From positions 42,700 through 106,699 of the forward strand of contig JAANOX010000006.1 in NCBI GenBank assembly GCA_020184695.1: 64,000 bases of DNA, written 5' to 3'. A program made the position numbers and the translations under genes. The notes under the pieces are model-generated. The model ran no database searches, was not told where the DNA came from, and worked only from the letters and a program-made list of their open reading frames with translations. The DNA is from Histomonas meleagridis 2922-C6/04-290x (taxonomy: Eukaryota > Protista > Parabasalia). Of this stretch, positions 54,712-64,000 are shown piece by piece. Positions within the stretch are counted from its first letter, which is position 1. Every line of letters starts with the position of its first letter.

Positions 54712-55795
54712 AAATATTTTGGTTAAAAAACGGCTGATTTTCCAATTCAATTTTTGAATCGTTGTAATGTTTTCAAAACATTGTTTTGTTTGGAGTACGG
54801 TGAAGCGTTGAAAACTAAACAGGCAAAAATTGCATTTAATGCATTAGATTTTACGAAAATTTTCTAGTAGCTTAAATTTATTGAAATACGAAAGCACGTA
54901 TTTCATTTCTACAGTGTACGTATTGTGAATTCATGTTTTAATAATTATTAAAATTAAACACATTGTCAAAAAATCAATACAAAACACATGTCAATGATCA
55001 AAAAATGTTTAGAAAATTATCTCAGCAGCAAATTTTTTGGGCAGATTCCTTATGTTTGTTCGGCCAACTTTAAATGTAAGATTTTTTGATTGGTTTACTT
55101 TAAAGAAAATTTTCCAAAAAAAAATTAAAATGATAAATAAACAACATAGATTTTTGTCATTACCCAAATTTAAATCGCCATTTTTACTGTTGTTTTGATG
55201 CTTTCGTAAAACTTAATTTTTTGCAAAAAATTTAAAGGAAATAAAAATCTTATTTTTAATTATTTTGATAATTCACCTAAACTAACTTCTGATTGATTTA
55301 ATTTTTATTTTGCGCAATGGACCTTGAAAAGTTTCTCATAATGTATATTTTTTGATACTTATTAATATTTGATTTAAGTATAATGAAAAAATTATTTTTA
55401 CATCATCCAACTACTAAGCTTAAATTTGAGCATAATCATATTGCTAAGAAGATAATATAATTTTTGTATGCTTTTTTCAGAATTGAGAAAATTACATCTT
55501 ACAAATATTCACATTACATTATGTAGACCTACTTACAGTATAAAGATTCAATAAATGCAGATAGTCATTTTTTCGAACATAAAATTGTTTGGCAACATTT
55601 GTTAGGTGTTTTTTTTACAGTTTTGCTGTAGTTGAGGCTTGGCCTGACACCACAGCTAAACAATTGAAAAACTTGTATCGTTATTTGAAACCAGCCTCCA
55701 AATCAATGGTTTATTGAAAAAAATAAAAAACCATATGCACAAATTTGACAGTTTCGCCAAAATTGAAGCGAAATAAAGGATCGTAGCCATATTGA

Positions 55796-57098
55796 ATGAG
55801 TGGCACACCTATTCTTTCTGGGTGGCTCAAGAAAAAAGGAACAAGGCAAGGCTTATGGCACCGAAGGTATGTTGTACTTCGAGATCAAAAACTGTATGTT
55901 TTTTTTCTAACTCAACAGAATTATTTCCAAAGATGAAGCTGGAAAAATTATAGAACAAACAATTTCGATCCCACATAAAGCAAATTGTTCCCTCGTTGAA
56001 GGCTCAGCAATTCCTCGTTTTCAATTACAAATTCCAGGTGGAGATATACATTTTTTTAGTGCAGATTCAATTGAAACATGCAATAATTGGATATCTGCTA
56101 TAATTGCTGTTGCAAATCCACCTCAATCTCTTTCAATGGATCAATTCAAAATATTATCCGTTCTTGGTCGTGGATTTTATGGAAAAGTTATGCTTGTTCA
56201 AAAGATCGACACTGGTGAACTTTTTGCTCTCAAGACAATACAAAAATCAAAACTTGCAGAGTCTGGAAAAGAACAATCTGTTTTAACTGAACGAAATATC
56301 ATGATGAAAGCCAATCATCCATTCATAGTTAATCTTTGTTTTACATTCCAAACGCCGTCTAAATTTTATTTAGGTCTTGAGTATGCAGCAGGTGGTGAGC
56401 TTTTTTATCATATGGAACAACTTGGTGTAATTCAAATCGACGATGCAAGATTATACGTTGCTGAGATAGGGCTCGCACTTTCTTACTTACATTCGATCGG
56501 AATCATTTACCGAGATCTTAAACCCGAAAACATTCTCTTCGACGCAAACGGTCACATCAAAATAACCGATTTTGGCCTCTCAAAAGAGATAAAACTGACA
56601 GACTCAGCAACCACATTCTGTGGGACATCAGAATATTTAGCACCAGAAGTGTTGTTACAAAAGCCATACAATTATAAAATAGATATATGGGCTCTTGGAA
56701 TTTTAACATATGAAATGATTCTTGGAACAACTCCTTTCTTCGATGAAAACAAAGTGAAAATGTTCACAAATATAGTGTCAGGAGAGTTGTACTTCCCTCC
56801 AGAATTAGATAGACGCATTGTAGACTTCATACAAAAATTACTTACGAAAAATCCAGAAAAAAGACCAACTTTTGACCAGCTTAAAAGCCATCCATTTTTC
56901 GAGGGGTTCGAATGGGATAAGGTTTACAACAAAGAATACAGACCAAACTTCATTCCACAGACAAAAGATTTCTTGGGTACAACAAACTTCGACCCTACAT
57001 TTACCACTGAAGAAGCTGCAGATTCTTTTGTTCCTCCTACGTTTGGTAATATTCCAGGGTTTTCCTATACAGACAGTAATATCAATAAGATGGATTAA
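55796..57098 (+). CDS. PH-domain AGC kinase (PKB/Akt-like), two exons (55796-55893, 55919-57098)
   Basis: Splicing joins SGWLKKKG...WHRRYVVLRDQKL to IISKDE...NNWISAI (PH domain), in frame with the kinase (GRGFYGKV, YRDLKPEN, DFG, CGTSEYLAPE) and an AGC C-tail; 425 aa. Confidence 0.92.
55894..55918 (+). other. 25-nt spliceosomal intron
   Basis: GTATGTTTTTTTTCTAACTCAACAG has a GTATGT donor, a CTAAC branch point and a CAG acceptor. Removing it restores the PH-kinase frame. Confidence 0.92.
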
Positions 57099-57324
57099 AA
57101 TGTCATGTCTCATTTTGTCTTCTGTTTTTTTGTTATATTTTATGGCGAATGATCTTATTTTTAAGTGAAAAAGTTTGATGAAAATAAATTATCAATTTTT
57201 AAAAGATAGAAGAAACAACTTGCAATAGAAAGAGTCCATACAGTTACTCTAAATGATGCTTAGATGAGATGTTTTTTAATGTTTTTGTAGGTTTGTAAAG
57301 AAATTTGTTTTATTGAAATGTGAT

Positions 57325-58293
57325 ATGAAAACTGGCCAGATGACTGCTCTATTCGACAAGTGGACCATTCAGATCAAAAATGCAATAGAATTAGAATGGA
57401 TTCCACAAGATTGTGTTGATTCAATAAGTTGTGTTAGGTTTGGAATAGACCAAGTTGCTTTTGGCTCTTCACGAATGAATGCTATCATTCATAGCAAATT
57501 ATCACAACCCAATGCACAGCGTTTTTCACTTCCACAAAATGGCTCTCATGATTCAATTATTGATCTCCAATGGAGTCCTGTTTCTCTCAATCTTCTATTA
57601 GTTGTTTCTGAAAAGCAACTAACGATAATTGATACTGACACAAATTCTCTTATCACACAAATTCCGTCACCAAATTCTTCTGTTCCTTTTCTTAATGCTT
57701 TTTTTCTACTGAATGGTGGAATTATTGCTCTTTTAGAACAAAATGCAGTTGCATTTTACTCAGAAAACTATGAACGCGCAGATCTTGTTAGTGTCAAAGG
57801 CAAATGTACATGTGCAGCGATTGATGGTAATGTATTTTATATTGGCCAATACAGACACATGAGAGTCTTTGATATTAATGAATTCAAACTTGAAAAAAGA
57901 GCTAAGTTTATTGTTCATCCGAAGGAAGTCCAAAGGATACAAATTCTTTCAAATCTAATCCTTATCTCCGCAGAAGGCGGCCTCATTGCATGGACAAAAG
58001 ACACATATATTCCACTTTTTCGAGTGAAAGCCGATAAACACACGTTTATTGTTGACGATAGAGGCGAGTTAGCGGTTAATGCGGTCAAAGGGAAAACCGT
58101 TGCAATGGTACGTGTTCAAAGAGGCAAAGCTAGAGAAATGTCACAGATAATCCCAACCAAATCTTCAACAGAGTCACTTATATCTGCAGACTGGTATCAA
58201 ATCAATGACAATGAATCTTATTGTGCAATTGCATTTGAGAATTCCGATGAGTTTTGCCTTGTAAATGTCGTAAAAGTAACTCGCCATGACTAA
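57325..58293 (+). CDS. WD40-like beta-propeller protein
   Basis: SISCVRFG, HDSIIDLQWSP...LTIIDT and other beta-rich repeats. Confidence 0.6.
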   Translation: MKTGQMTALFDKWTIQIKNAIELEWIPQDCVDSISCVRFGIDQVAFGSSRMNAIIHSKLSQPNAQRFSLPQNGSHDSIIDLQWSPVSLNLLLVVSEKQLTIIDTDTNSLITQIPSPNSSVPFLNAFFLLNGGIIALLEQNAVAFYSENYERADLVSVKGKCTCAAIDGNVFYIGQYRHMRVFDINEFKLEKRAKFIVHPKEVQRIQILSNLILISAEGGLIAWTKDTYIPLFRVKADKHTFIVDDRGELAVNAVKGKTVAMVRVQRGKAREMSQIIPTKSSTESLISADWYQINDNESYCAIAFENSDEFCLVNVVKVTRHD

Positions 58294-58299
58294 CTTAAC

Positions 58300-59700
58300 T
58301 TAGTGCTTCTTTCCGCGCCTTCGCTTTTGTGATGATGACTGACCCAAATCAAAAGGGCTCCCTGACGATGGGGCGGTTATGGCAAACACATCATCGTTAA
58401 CGGTCGGCTCAATCGTCTGCGGCGGTGAATTTCCTCCAAATGGGACTCGCATTTTAAGAATTTCCCCGATTTGAAGGGGCCTATTGTTTGCAACGACATT
58501 CTCAAGCAAGTCAAGTGCTTTCATTGCTATTTGACGTTGAATAAAAAGTCTAATTTCACTTCCTGTTGAAACATTTAACGAATCTATGAATTCATCAGTG
58601 ACCATATTTGTGCCTGAAAGAATTCTTCGTGATATAACATTGAAAATATCTGCTTTTTGCGCTTTGTTAGGAAGAGAAATAGAAATTACTTTGGATAATC
58701 GGGGTACCCCTAAAAATTGTTCTGGAATTTGAGAACTGTCTTTAGCTGTAGCAATGAATACGGTTTCTGGGTTTGATAAGATTCGATCAATGATTCCTAA
58801 GATTGTGTAATAAAGTCGTTTTTCAATGTTTTTGTCACATATAAATATATCAATATCATCAAAGAAAACAATCGATGGTGTGTTAGAAAGAGCGCTATCA
58901 GCAAACCGACGAAGAATTAGTAACGAGTTTTCGGGTGACTTGGGATAAAGATCAGCTCCTGAAATATATCTGAAGTTTAATGGTGTCTCGTTGCAAATAG
59001 CTCTAGATAAAAGAGTCTTACCACAACCAGACGGAGCTTGAATAAGTATTCCGCGATGTGGATGTTCGCCAATGCAATCAAATATTTGAGGTTGAAGAAA
59101 TGGGAGTTCAATGCAACGGCGAATTTGTTTTAGTTCCTCATGTAGACCGCCAATATCGGCATATGAAATGGATGAGAAATTTGGTAAGTTTTGATTATTG
59201 ATTGGCTTTGTGCTAACTTGGAATACACGATAATCAGAGATATGACATGGTGAGGGTTCACAACTTACAACTTGGAATTCATATGTTTTTTGGAGGACAT
59301 TTATCGGAATAACCATATTTTCCTTGATTATTAAATTATTTAAATTGTATTTGGAAAACTTCAAAAGATCAAGTGGATCACCACCAAACAATTTGGCTGA
59401 AGAAGCTGTTGATGCTATTTTGATTTGGTTTGCATTTTTAATTGGATTTGAATACGCCTCGAGAAGAACAATTTCGCCCAAAAAGACAAGAAGGTTCAAC
59501 CTTACACATCTGCTCATTCTCACGCATGATAATGGGCAATATGAGATGTCAGATGAAATTTTCAAAATTATGTCTTTTCGAGCTCGTGACCTTATTTTTA
59601 CAAAGCCACCTTCAGGTAAGTTAAGTTGGCTTAGCCTAGATGGATGTACATAAACAGAAAAGTCATAAGGGTCATCAGTGTTTTCAACAATGAATTGCAT
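58300..59700 (-). CDS. Truncated, divergent Cdc48/p97-like protein (N domain + one AAA module)
   Basis: Double-psi N domain (VYVHPSRLSQLNL..G..VKIR...VRMSRCVRLNL), SYADIGGL, IELP, Walker A APSGCGKT and Walker B FFDDID; there is no D2 module. Confidence 0.8.
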   Translation of the reverse strand: MQFIVENTDDPYDFSVYVHPSRLSQLNLPEGGFVKIRSRARKDIILKISSDISYCPLSCVRMSRCVRLNLLVFLGEIVLLEAYSNPIKNANQIKIASTASSAKLFGGDPLDLLKFSKYNLNNLIIKENMVIPINVLQKTYEFQVVSCEPSPCHISDYRVFQVSTKPINNQNLPNFSSISYADIGGLHEELKQIRRCIELPFLQPQIFDCIGEHPHRGILIQAPSGCGKTLLSRAICNETPLNFRYISGADLYPKSPENSLLILRRFADSALSNTPSIVFFDDIDIFICDKNIEKRLYYTILGIIDRILSNPETVFIATAKDSSQIPEQFLGVPRLSKVISISLPNKAQKADIFNVISRRILSGTNMVTDEFIDSLNVSTGSEIRLFIQRQIAMKALDLLENVVANNRPLQIGEILKMRVPFGGNSPPQTIEPTVNDDVFAITAPSSGSPFDLGQSSSQKRRRGKKH

Positions 59701-59948
59701 CAAACAAATAATATTTAACGGTTTATAACCACTTTGAAAAACCAAAAAAGAATTGAATCCATCGGCAGAATTGTTGTGACAATGAATGATAAAAAACAAG
59801 CAACTTTTTTTAAAAATAATAAAGCAAAAAATATTATCTCAAATAAAATTGGTATGTGAATTTTTCCAAAATCATTGATGATCTCAAACCAATGACATAA
59901 ATATTTCTTTGATATATTATTAATTAATTATATTTATTTCTTCAGACT

Positions 59949-60022
59949 TCCTCCCTAACTCAGTTGGTTAGAGTGTCAGACTGTTAATCTGGAAGTCGTG
60001 TGTTCGAACCACACGGGAGGAG
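59949..60022 (+). tRNA. trnN-GUU: tRNA-Asn (GUU)
   Basis: Acceptor stem TCCTCCC/GGGAGGA, D arm ACTCAGTTGGTTAGAGT, anticodon arm TCAGA-CTGTTAA-TCTGG and T arm CGTGTGTTCGAACCACACG. Confidence 0.96.
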
Positions 60023-60023
60023 A

Positions 60024-60030
60024 TTTTTTT
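60024..60030 (+). terminator. RNA Pol III oligo-T terminator
   Basis: A T7 run immediately follows the tRNA. Confidence 0.75.
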
Positions 60031-60099
60031 GATTTTTCATGAATATTGATTTTTTGCGTCCGAGAACTCGATTTTCGGAAATAACTCCCCCAGGGCACT

Positions 60100-63000
60100 C
60101 GATTGATACCAGTTTTTGTTCGGTCGGAAAAATTATCAGATAAATATATTGCGGAAAAATCCGACACTACTCATGAAAAAACGGCACAAGACCACAGGAT
60201 AGAACCGATTATTGAAGAGGAAGCCCCAGACCTCGAACAAAAAGAAAATGATGAAGATTTTGTTCTTGAGATTAATCAAGAACTTCCATTTCAACAAGAA
60301 ATTTTTATTATTACGAGTACGTCATTACCACCCAACACCAACAAGCCCAGAAGGAACACCATTACCTCCACCACCAAAGTGGGTGATTATTTCATCAGAT
60401 ATTAATATTCTCAGATTTTTACCTATACAATGTAATGACTCGAATGGGGCTATTCTAGCACGAGGACAAGCTATTATTCAACATGATATATTAAGAATTA
60501 ATACCCACAATCCTCCCATTCCTACAACGATAGAGGAATTTGACAGAGGTCTACTCGATTTACGTCCTATTATAGGACCAAACAGACTTAGAGAATCCCC
60601 GTTTAGATTATTTTGGGAATGATGAACGGATTTCTCACATTAGGAATGAAGCTCAGATCATTGTGTATAATATTCTTAATCAACAACAGATAAATATTAA
60701 TTCTTCTAATAATACTTGGAATTTATTACAAATTAATTGCAATTATGATTTTTTTAAATTCTTTATAAACTCATGTTCACCAGTTCAAAACAATACCAAA
60801 ATTGGTTTTATTGCATTTGGTCAAGATAACAGATCAAATAATCAAAATAATGCAACTATTAATTTTACTAATACACCATTTGTTTAAAAAACAGAAGAAA
60901 TTCAACCACAGGCTATTACTTATGATTTGGATTCAGAAGAACCTTCATTTGAACCCGAACTTGAATTTCCAACAATAAATTCTGATTCTCAAGATTTTTC
61001 AAGTTACTCCATCCTTTAATCCCGGAAATATCACAACTGAATCAGATTCATTAGAAGTTATACCTAAGAGAAACATTTTTAACTGCTAGTCCTAGAATTG
61101 ATAAATTACATATCAGCAAAAGTTAATAACATTATAACAGAAGATGCTCAAAGTAGATAACTTAATAGATAAACCAATTATTAATGCTATTACTTCCAAC
61201 CCGATTAATGAAGAACATAAAGTAATACCTATTAACAAAACTATAATTTCTGAACCAATTAATGAAGAACACAAAGTTGAACCATTAAATAAAACTATAA
61301 TTTCTAATCCAATAAATGAAGAACATAAAGTTGAACCAATTAATATAACTAAAACTTCTAAACCTTTGGTAGAAAGTCATATTAATGAACCAGTATATAC
61401 AACTAAAACTTCAAATCCTATATCCGAAAGTCATGTTGTTATACCAGAGTATCAAAACGTTACTTCAACCCCAACTGTTCTTTCTCATGATATCAAAGTT
61501 ATTGAAGGTTGTAAAACTTCAGTAGCTAATGTTGAAAGTTTGAAAGTTACTGTTAATGAAGTGGATTTAACTTATGATGCTGAAATTCCTCAAATCTTTT
61601 TCTTCAGATGATTCAAATTACAATGCTTCAGATACTTATTCAGATGATAATGTTAATCATATTACTTCTACTGATACTTCAAATAATGATCCATCAAATA
61701 ATCCTTCTTTTCCTGATCCTTCTGATTCAGAGGGTTCAGATGATTCAGATTCCGGAATTGATGATATTAGTGATTTATTACCAGATGATATTATTTATAA
61801 TAAATTAATTAGTGACTTAAAACTTTGTAGATTACCTGATGATATTAAAGATTTTATTAATAAATGGAAGAATTTAAATAACTTAAATTGTTGGAAACAT
61901 GAAGATATTAATTTAGCTAAACAACCATTAATTCATATTATGATTAGAGAAAATAAATGGTGTGCACCAGGTCAATTCCCTTGTCAATGTGAATGTTATA
62001 AATTAACTAAATCAGGTAATGATTTGATTAGTCATATGACTAAAGTTCATAATCATAAACCTGATCAAAATCATTTATATGGTTGCATTAAATATTTAAT
62101 CAATAATGATTTATATTGGAAATTAATTTATGAAGAAGATAAACCTGAGTGTTATCGAAATAATGTTTACGTTTGTCCAATACCTAATTGTAAATATTTT
62201 TTTATTACAAATAAATACATTTTCTCTCATATTACTTATTCTCATAAAGATTTTTGAGAAAAATGAAGAATTCTATTGGTTGGTTTTTGGTCTACAATGT
62301 TACAATATGTTAATACTTACGACAAAAATTCCTTCATGTTTAGATATAATTAAACTTAAAGAAGGTTTTGTTTGTAAATATTGTGGGGCTTATTGGACTT
62401 CTGATTCTAGGGGTTTACATAATGATTGTAAAAAAAGAATCATGCATTAAATACTATTGAAGGTACAAATTTACCTTATTATAGAATTAAATGTTGTCCT
62501 TTAATGTATTTAAATTTTAATGAAACAGAATTAGAAGTAATTAAAAAAGATATCAAAGATTATGAAGATAAAGTGTTTATGAGTAGAACAATCACAGAAA
62601 GAGAAAGATTAGCGGTCAGAGAAATTCCTTTCATTTTTAAATAATGAACAAACAAATGCTATGGAACAAAGACAAAGAAGAGAAGAAAATGACCGTATTA
62701 ATTTAAATAGAGATTTACAATTACAAGCAATTCAAAAATTCCCGAACATTAAATTTAACTCCTCCAGATCAAATACATCCCCCAGTAAATTTAAATTAAA
62801 TTAATAGTAGATTTGATTTATATAAAATTAAAAATTTAAATAGAGACCAATTATTAATTTTAGCTAGAAAATGGACTTCTGATAATCAAGAACAAGAATC
62901 TCAATTTATATCATTACCTAAAACTTGGGGTAAAAATAAATTTAAAATTAGAGCTAAATTACCAGATTTATTTAAATATAAAATCGAACCTTTAATAGAA

Positions 63001-64000
63001 ATTTGTAAACCTCAAGATTATAATAATTGTAATGATGATGATTTTTATATATTTGGGAAGGTTGCCTTTCTAAAATTAATATGTTAATTCGTGATGAATT
63101 AAGAGATATTTTTAAAAAAATTCCGTTGAATAAAAATGTTAAACAGAAGGAACACAGTAGTCACTAGCACAGAAGATAGAATAGATCTTCGTAACAAAGA
63201 AATGGAGACACATAATTTATGTAAAATTACGTTTTGGTTAAACAAATTTAAAGATTTATATCATAAGCCTCAATCTCAATTTATTCTTAATACAATGTCT
63301 AAACTTCAAGAAAAGATTATTAAAACCATCAATTTCCTCCCGGATGAAATAAAATCTATTCTTGAAATTAATGAGCCTCAAGATATTATAAATCTAATAC
63401 AATCAGCGGAAGACTATTATGAAAATAAAATTAAGTTCATTGATGCTAAAATTAAAGAAAATCAAGTTAGTAATAATAATAAAAAAAATCAAAACTATAA
63501 AGGTTTAGTACAAAATCTTTACATGGAAGATCCTAGTAGATGTTTACGTTGGTTTATCACTAATAATACGACTCCTGAATGTAACTTAAATCCTGAAGAT
63601 TTTATGATGGAATATGGTAATAATTGGAGTCAAGAAAAAAATTTATTAATGACTCCCAGGAATTTGATTTTAAAGATATTATTAACCCTAATAGTAATGA
63701 ATTATTATTAAATTATATTTTTGATGATGATAATATTAAACATGCAATTTTTTTCTAGATCTAATGCGGCTGCTTATGGTCCCGATGGTATTTCTAATTA
63801 TATTTGGAAATTAGGAGATACTACTACTATTAAATTAATTAAAATTACTACTAAAATTACTATGTTAACTAAAAAATGTCCTGAATTATTTAAATTAAGT
63901 AAAAACAATTATGTTATACAAAAAAGGTGATGCTCAAAATCCTCATTCTTGGAGACCTATTTCTATTACTCCTACTTTTTTTATCGTATTTGGATGGTAT
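60100..64000 (+). mobile_element. Non-LTR retrotransposon (R2/NeSL-like architecture), frameshifted, running off the window
   Basis: Co-oriented ORF pieces contain zinc-finger-like motifs (about 61975-62430), a pre-RT block QNLYMEDPSRCLRWFI...C...W, and RT motifs YGPDGIS (63775), CPELFK.S.T.M.YKKGD and NPHSWRPISITPT (63950). The exact 5' boundary is unknown. Confidence 0.85.
61201..61524 (+). repeat. 54-bp (18-aa) tandem repeat inside the retroelement ORF
   Basis: PINEEHKVIPINKTIISE / PINEEHKVEPLNKTIISN / PINEEHKVEPINITKTSK / PLVESHINEPVYTTKTSN / PISESHVVIPEYQNVTST / PTVLSHDIKVIEGCKTSV, with a divergence gradient along the array. Confidence 0.85.

Noticed and set aside
57264-57290. Possible short intron at the 5' end of the WD40 gene
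   Set aside because: The candidate GT..AG is 20 nt without GTATGT or CTAAC and does not join an upstream ATG in frame.
704-59653. Numerous 60-145-aa ORFs nested in or antisense to long genes (e.g. 704-979, 11049-11333, 15869-16306, 25495-25809, 38502-38849, 59324-59653)
   Set aside because: They overlap well-supported genes, have no motifs, and are expected by chance from codon bias in AT-rich DNA.

Overview
AT-rich, gene-dense eukaryotic DNA, almost certainly from a parabasalid (Trichomonas/Tritrichomonas/Histomonas-like). The evidence is BspA LRR surface proteins, DUF3447+ankyrin genes, a Myb factor, TCA(T/C)T initiator motifs, very short intergenic gaps and a 25-nt GTATGT..CTAAC..AG intron; the standard code is used. 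Housekeeping genes include HEATR5/Laa1-like, SAS6-like, DENN, nitroreductase, TOR, TAF11-like, Arp3, Myb, a PPP phosphatase, Rab, FSH1, RRM, BRO1, a PH-AGC kinase, WD40 and a truncated Cdc48-like gene. There are several pseudogenes (BspA, kexin-like, actin), a tRNA-Asn(GUU), and a frameshifted non-LTR retrotransposon starting just downstream of that tRNA. The most striking feature is at 39.1-47.2 kb. Three paralogous DUF3447-ankyrin genes have the junction after each complete ankyrin repeat interrupted at the same position (the beta-turn between NAK[D/N] and TAL) by an AT-rich spacer. The spacers are built from 20-nt units (40/60/80/100 nt, modal 80), have no conserved GT-AG ends and almost all contain stops or break the frame, while the 87-90-nt ankyrin segments stay intact. 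This implies an unexplained removal or bypass mechanism (non-canonical splicing, translational hopping or DNA excision), or an unusual form of pseudogenisation.
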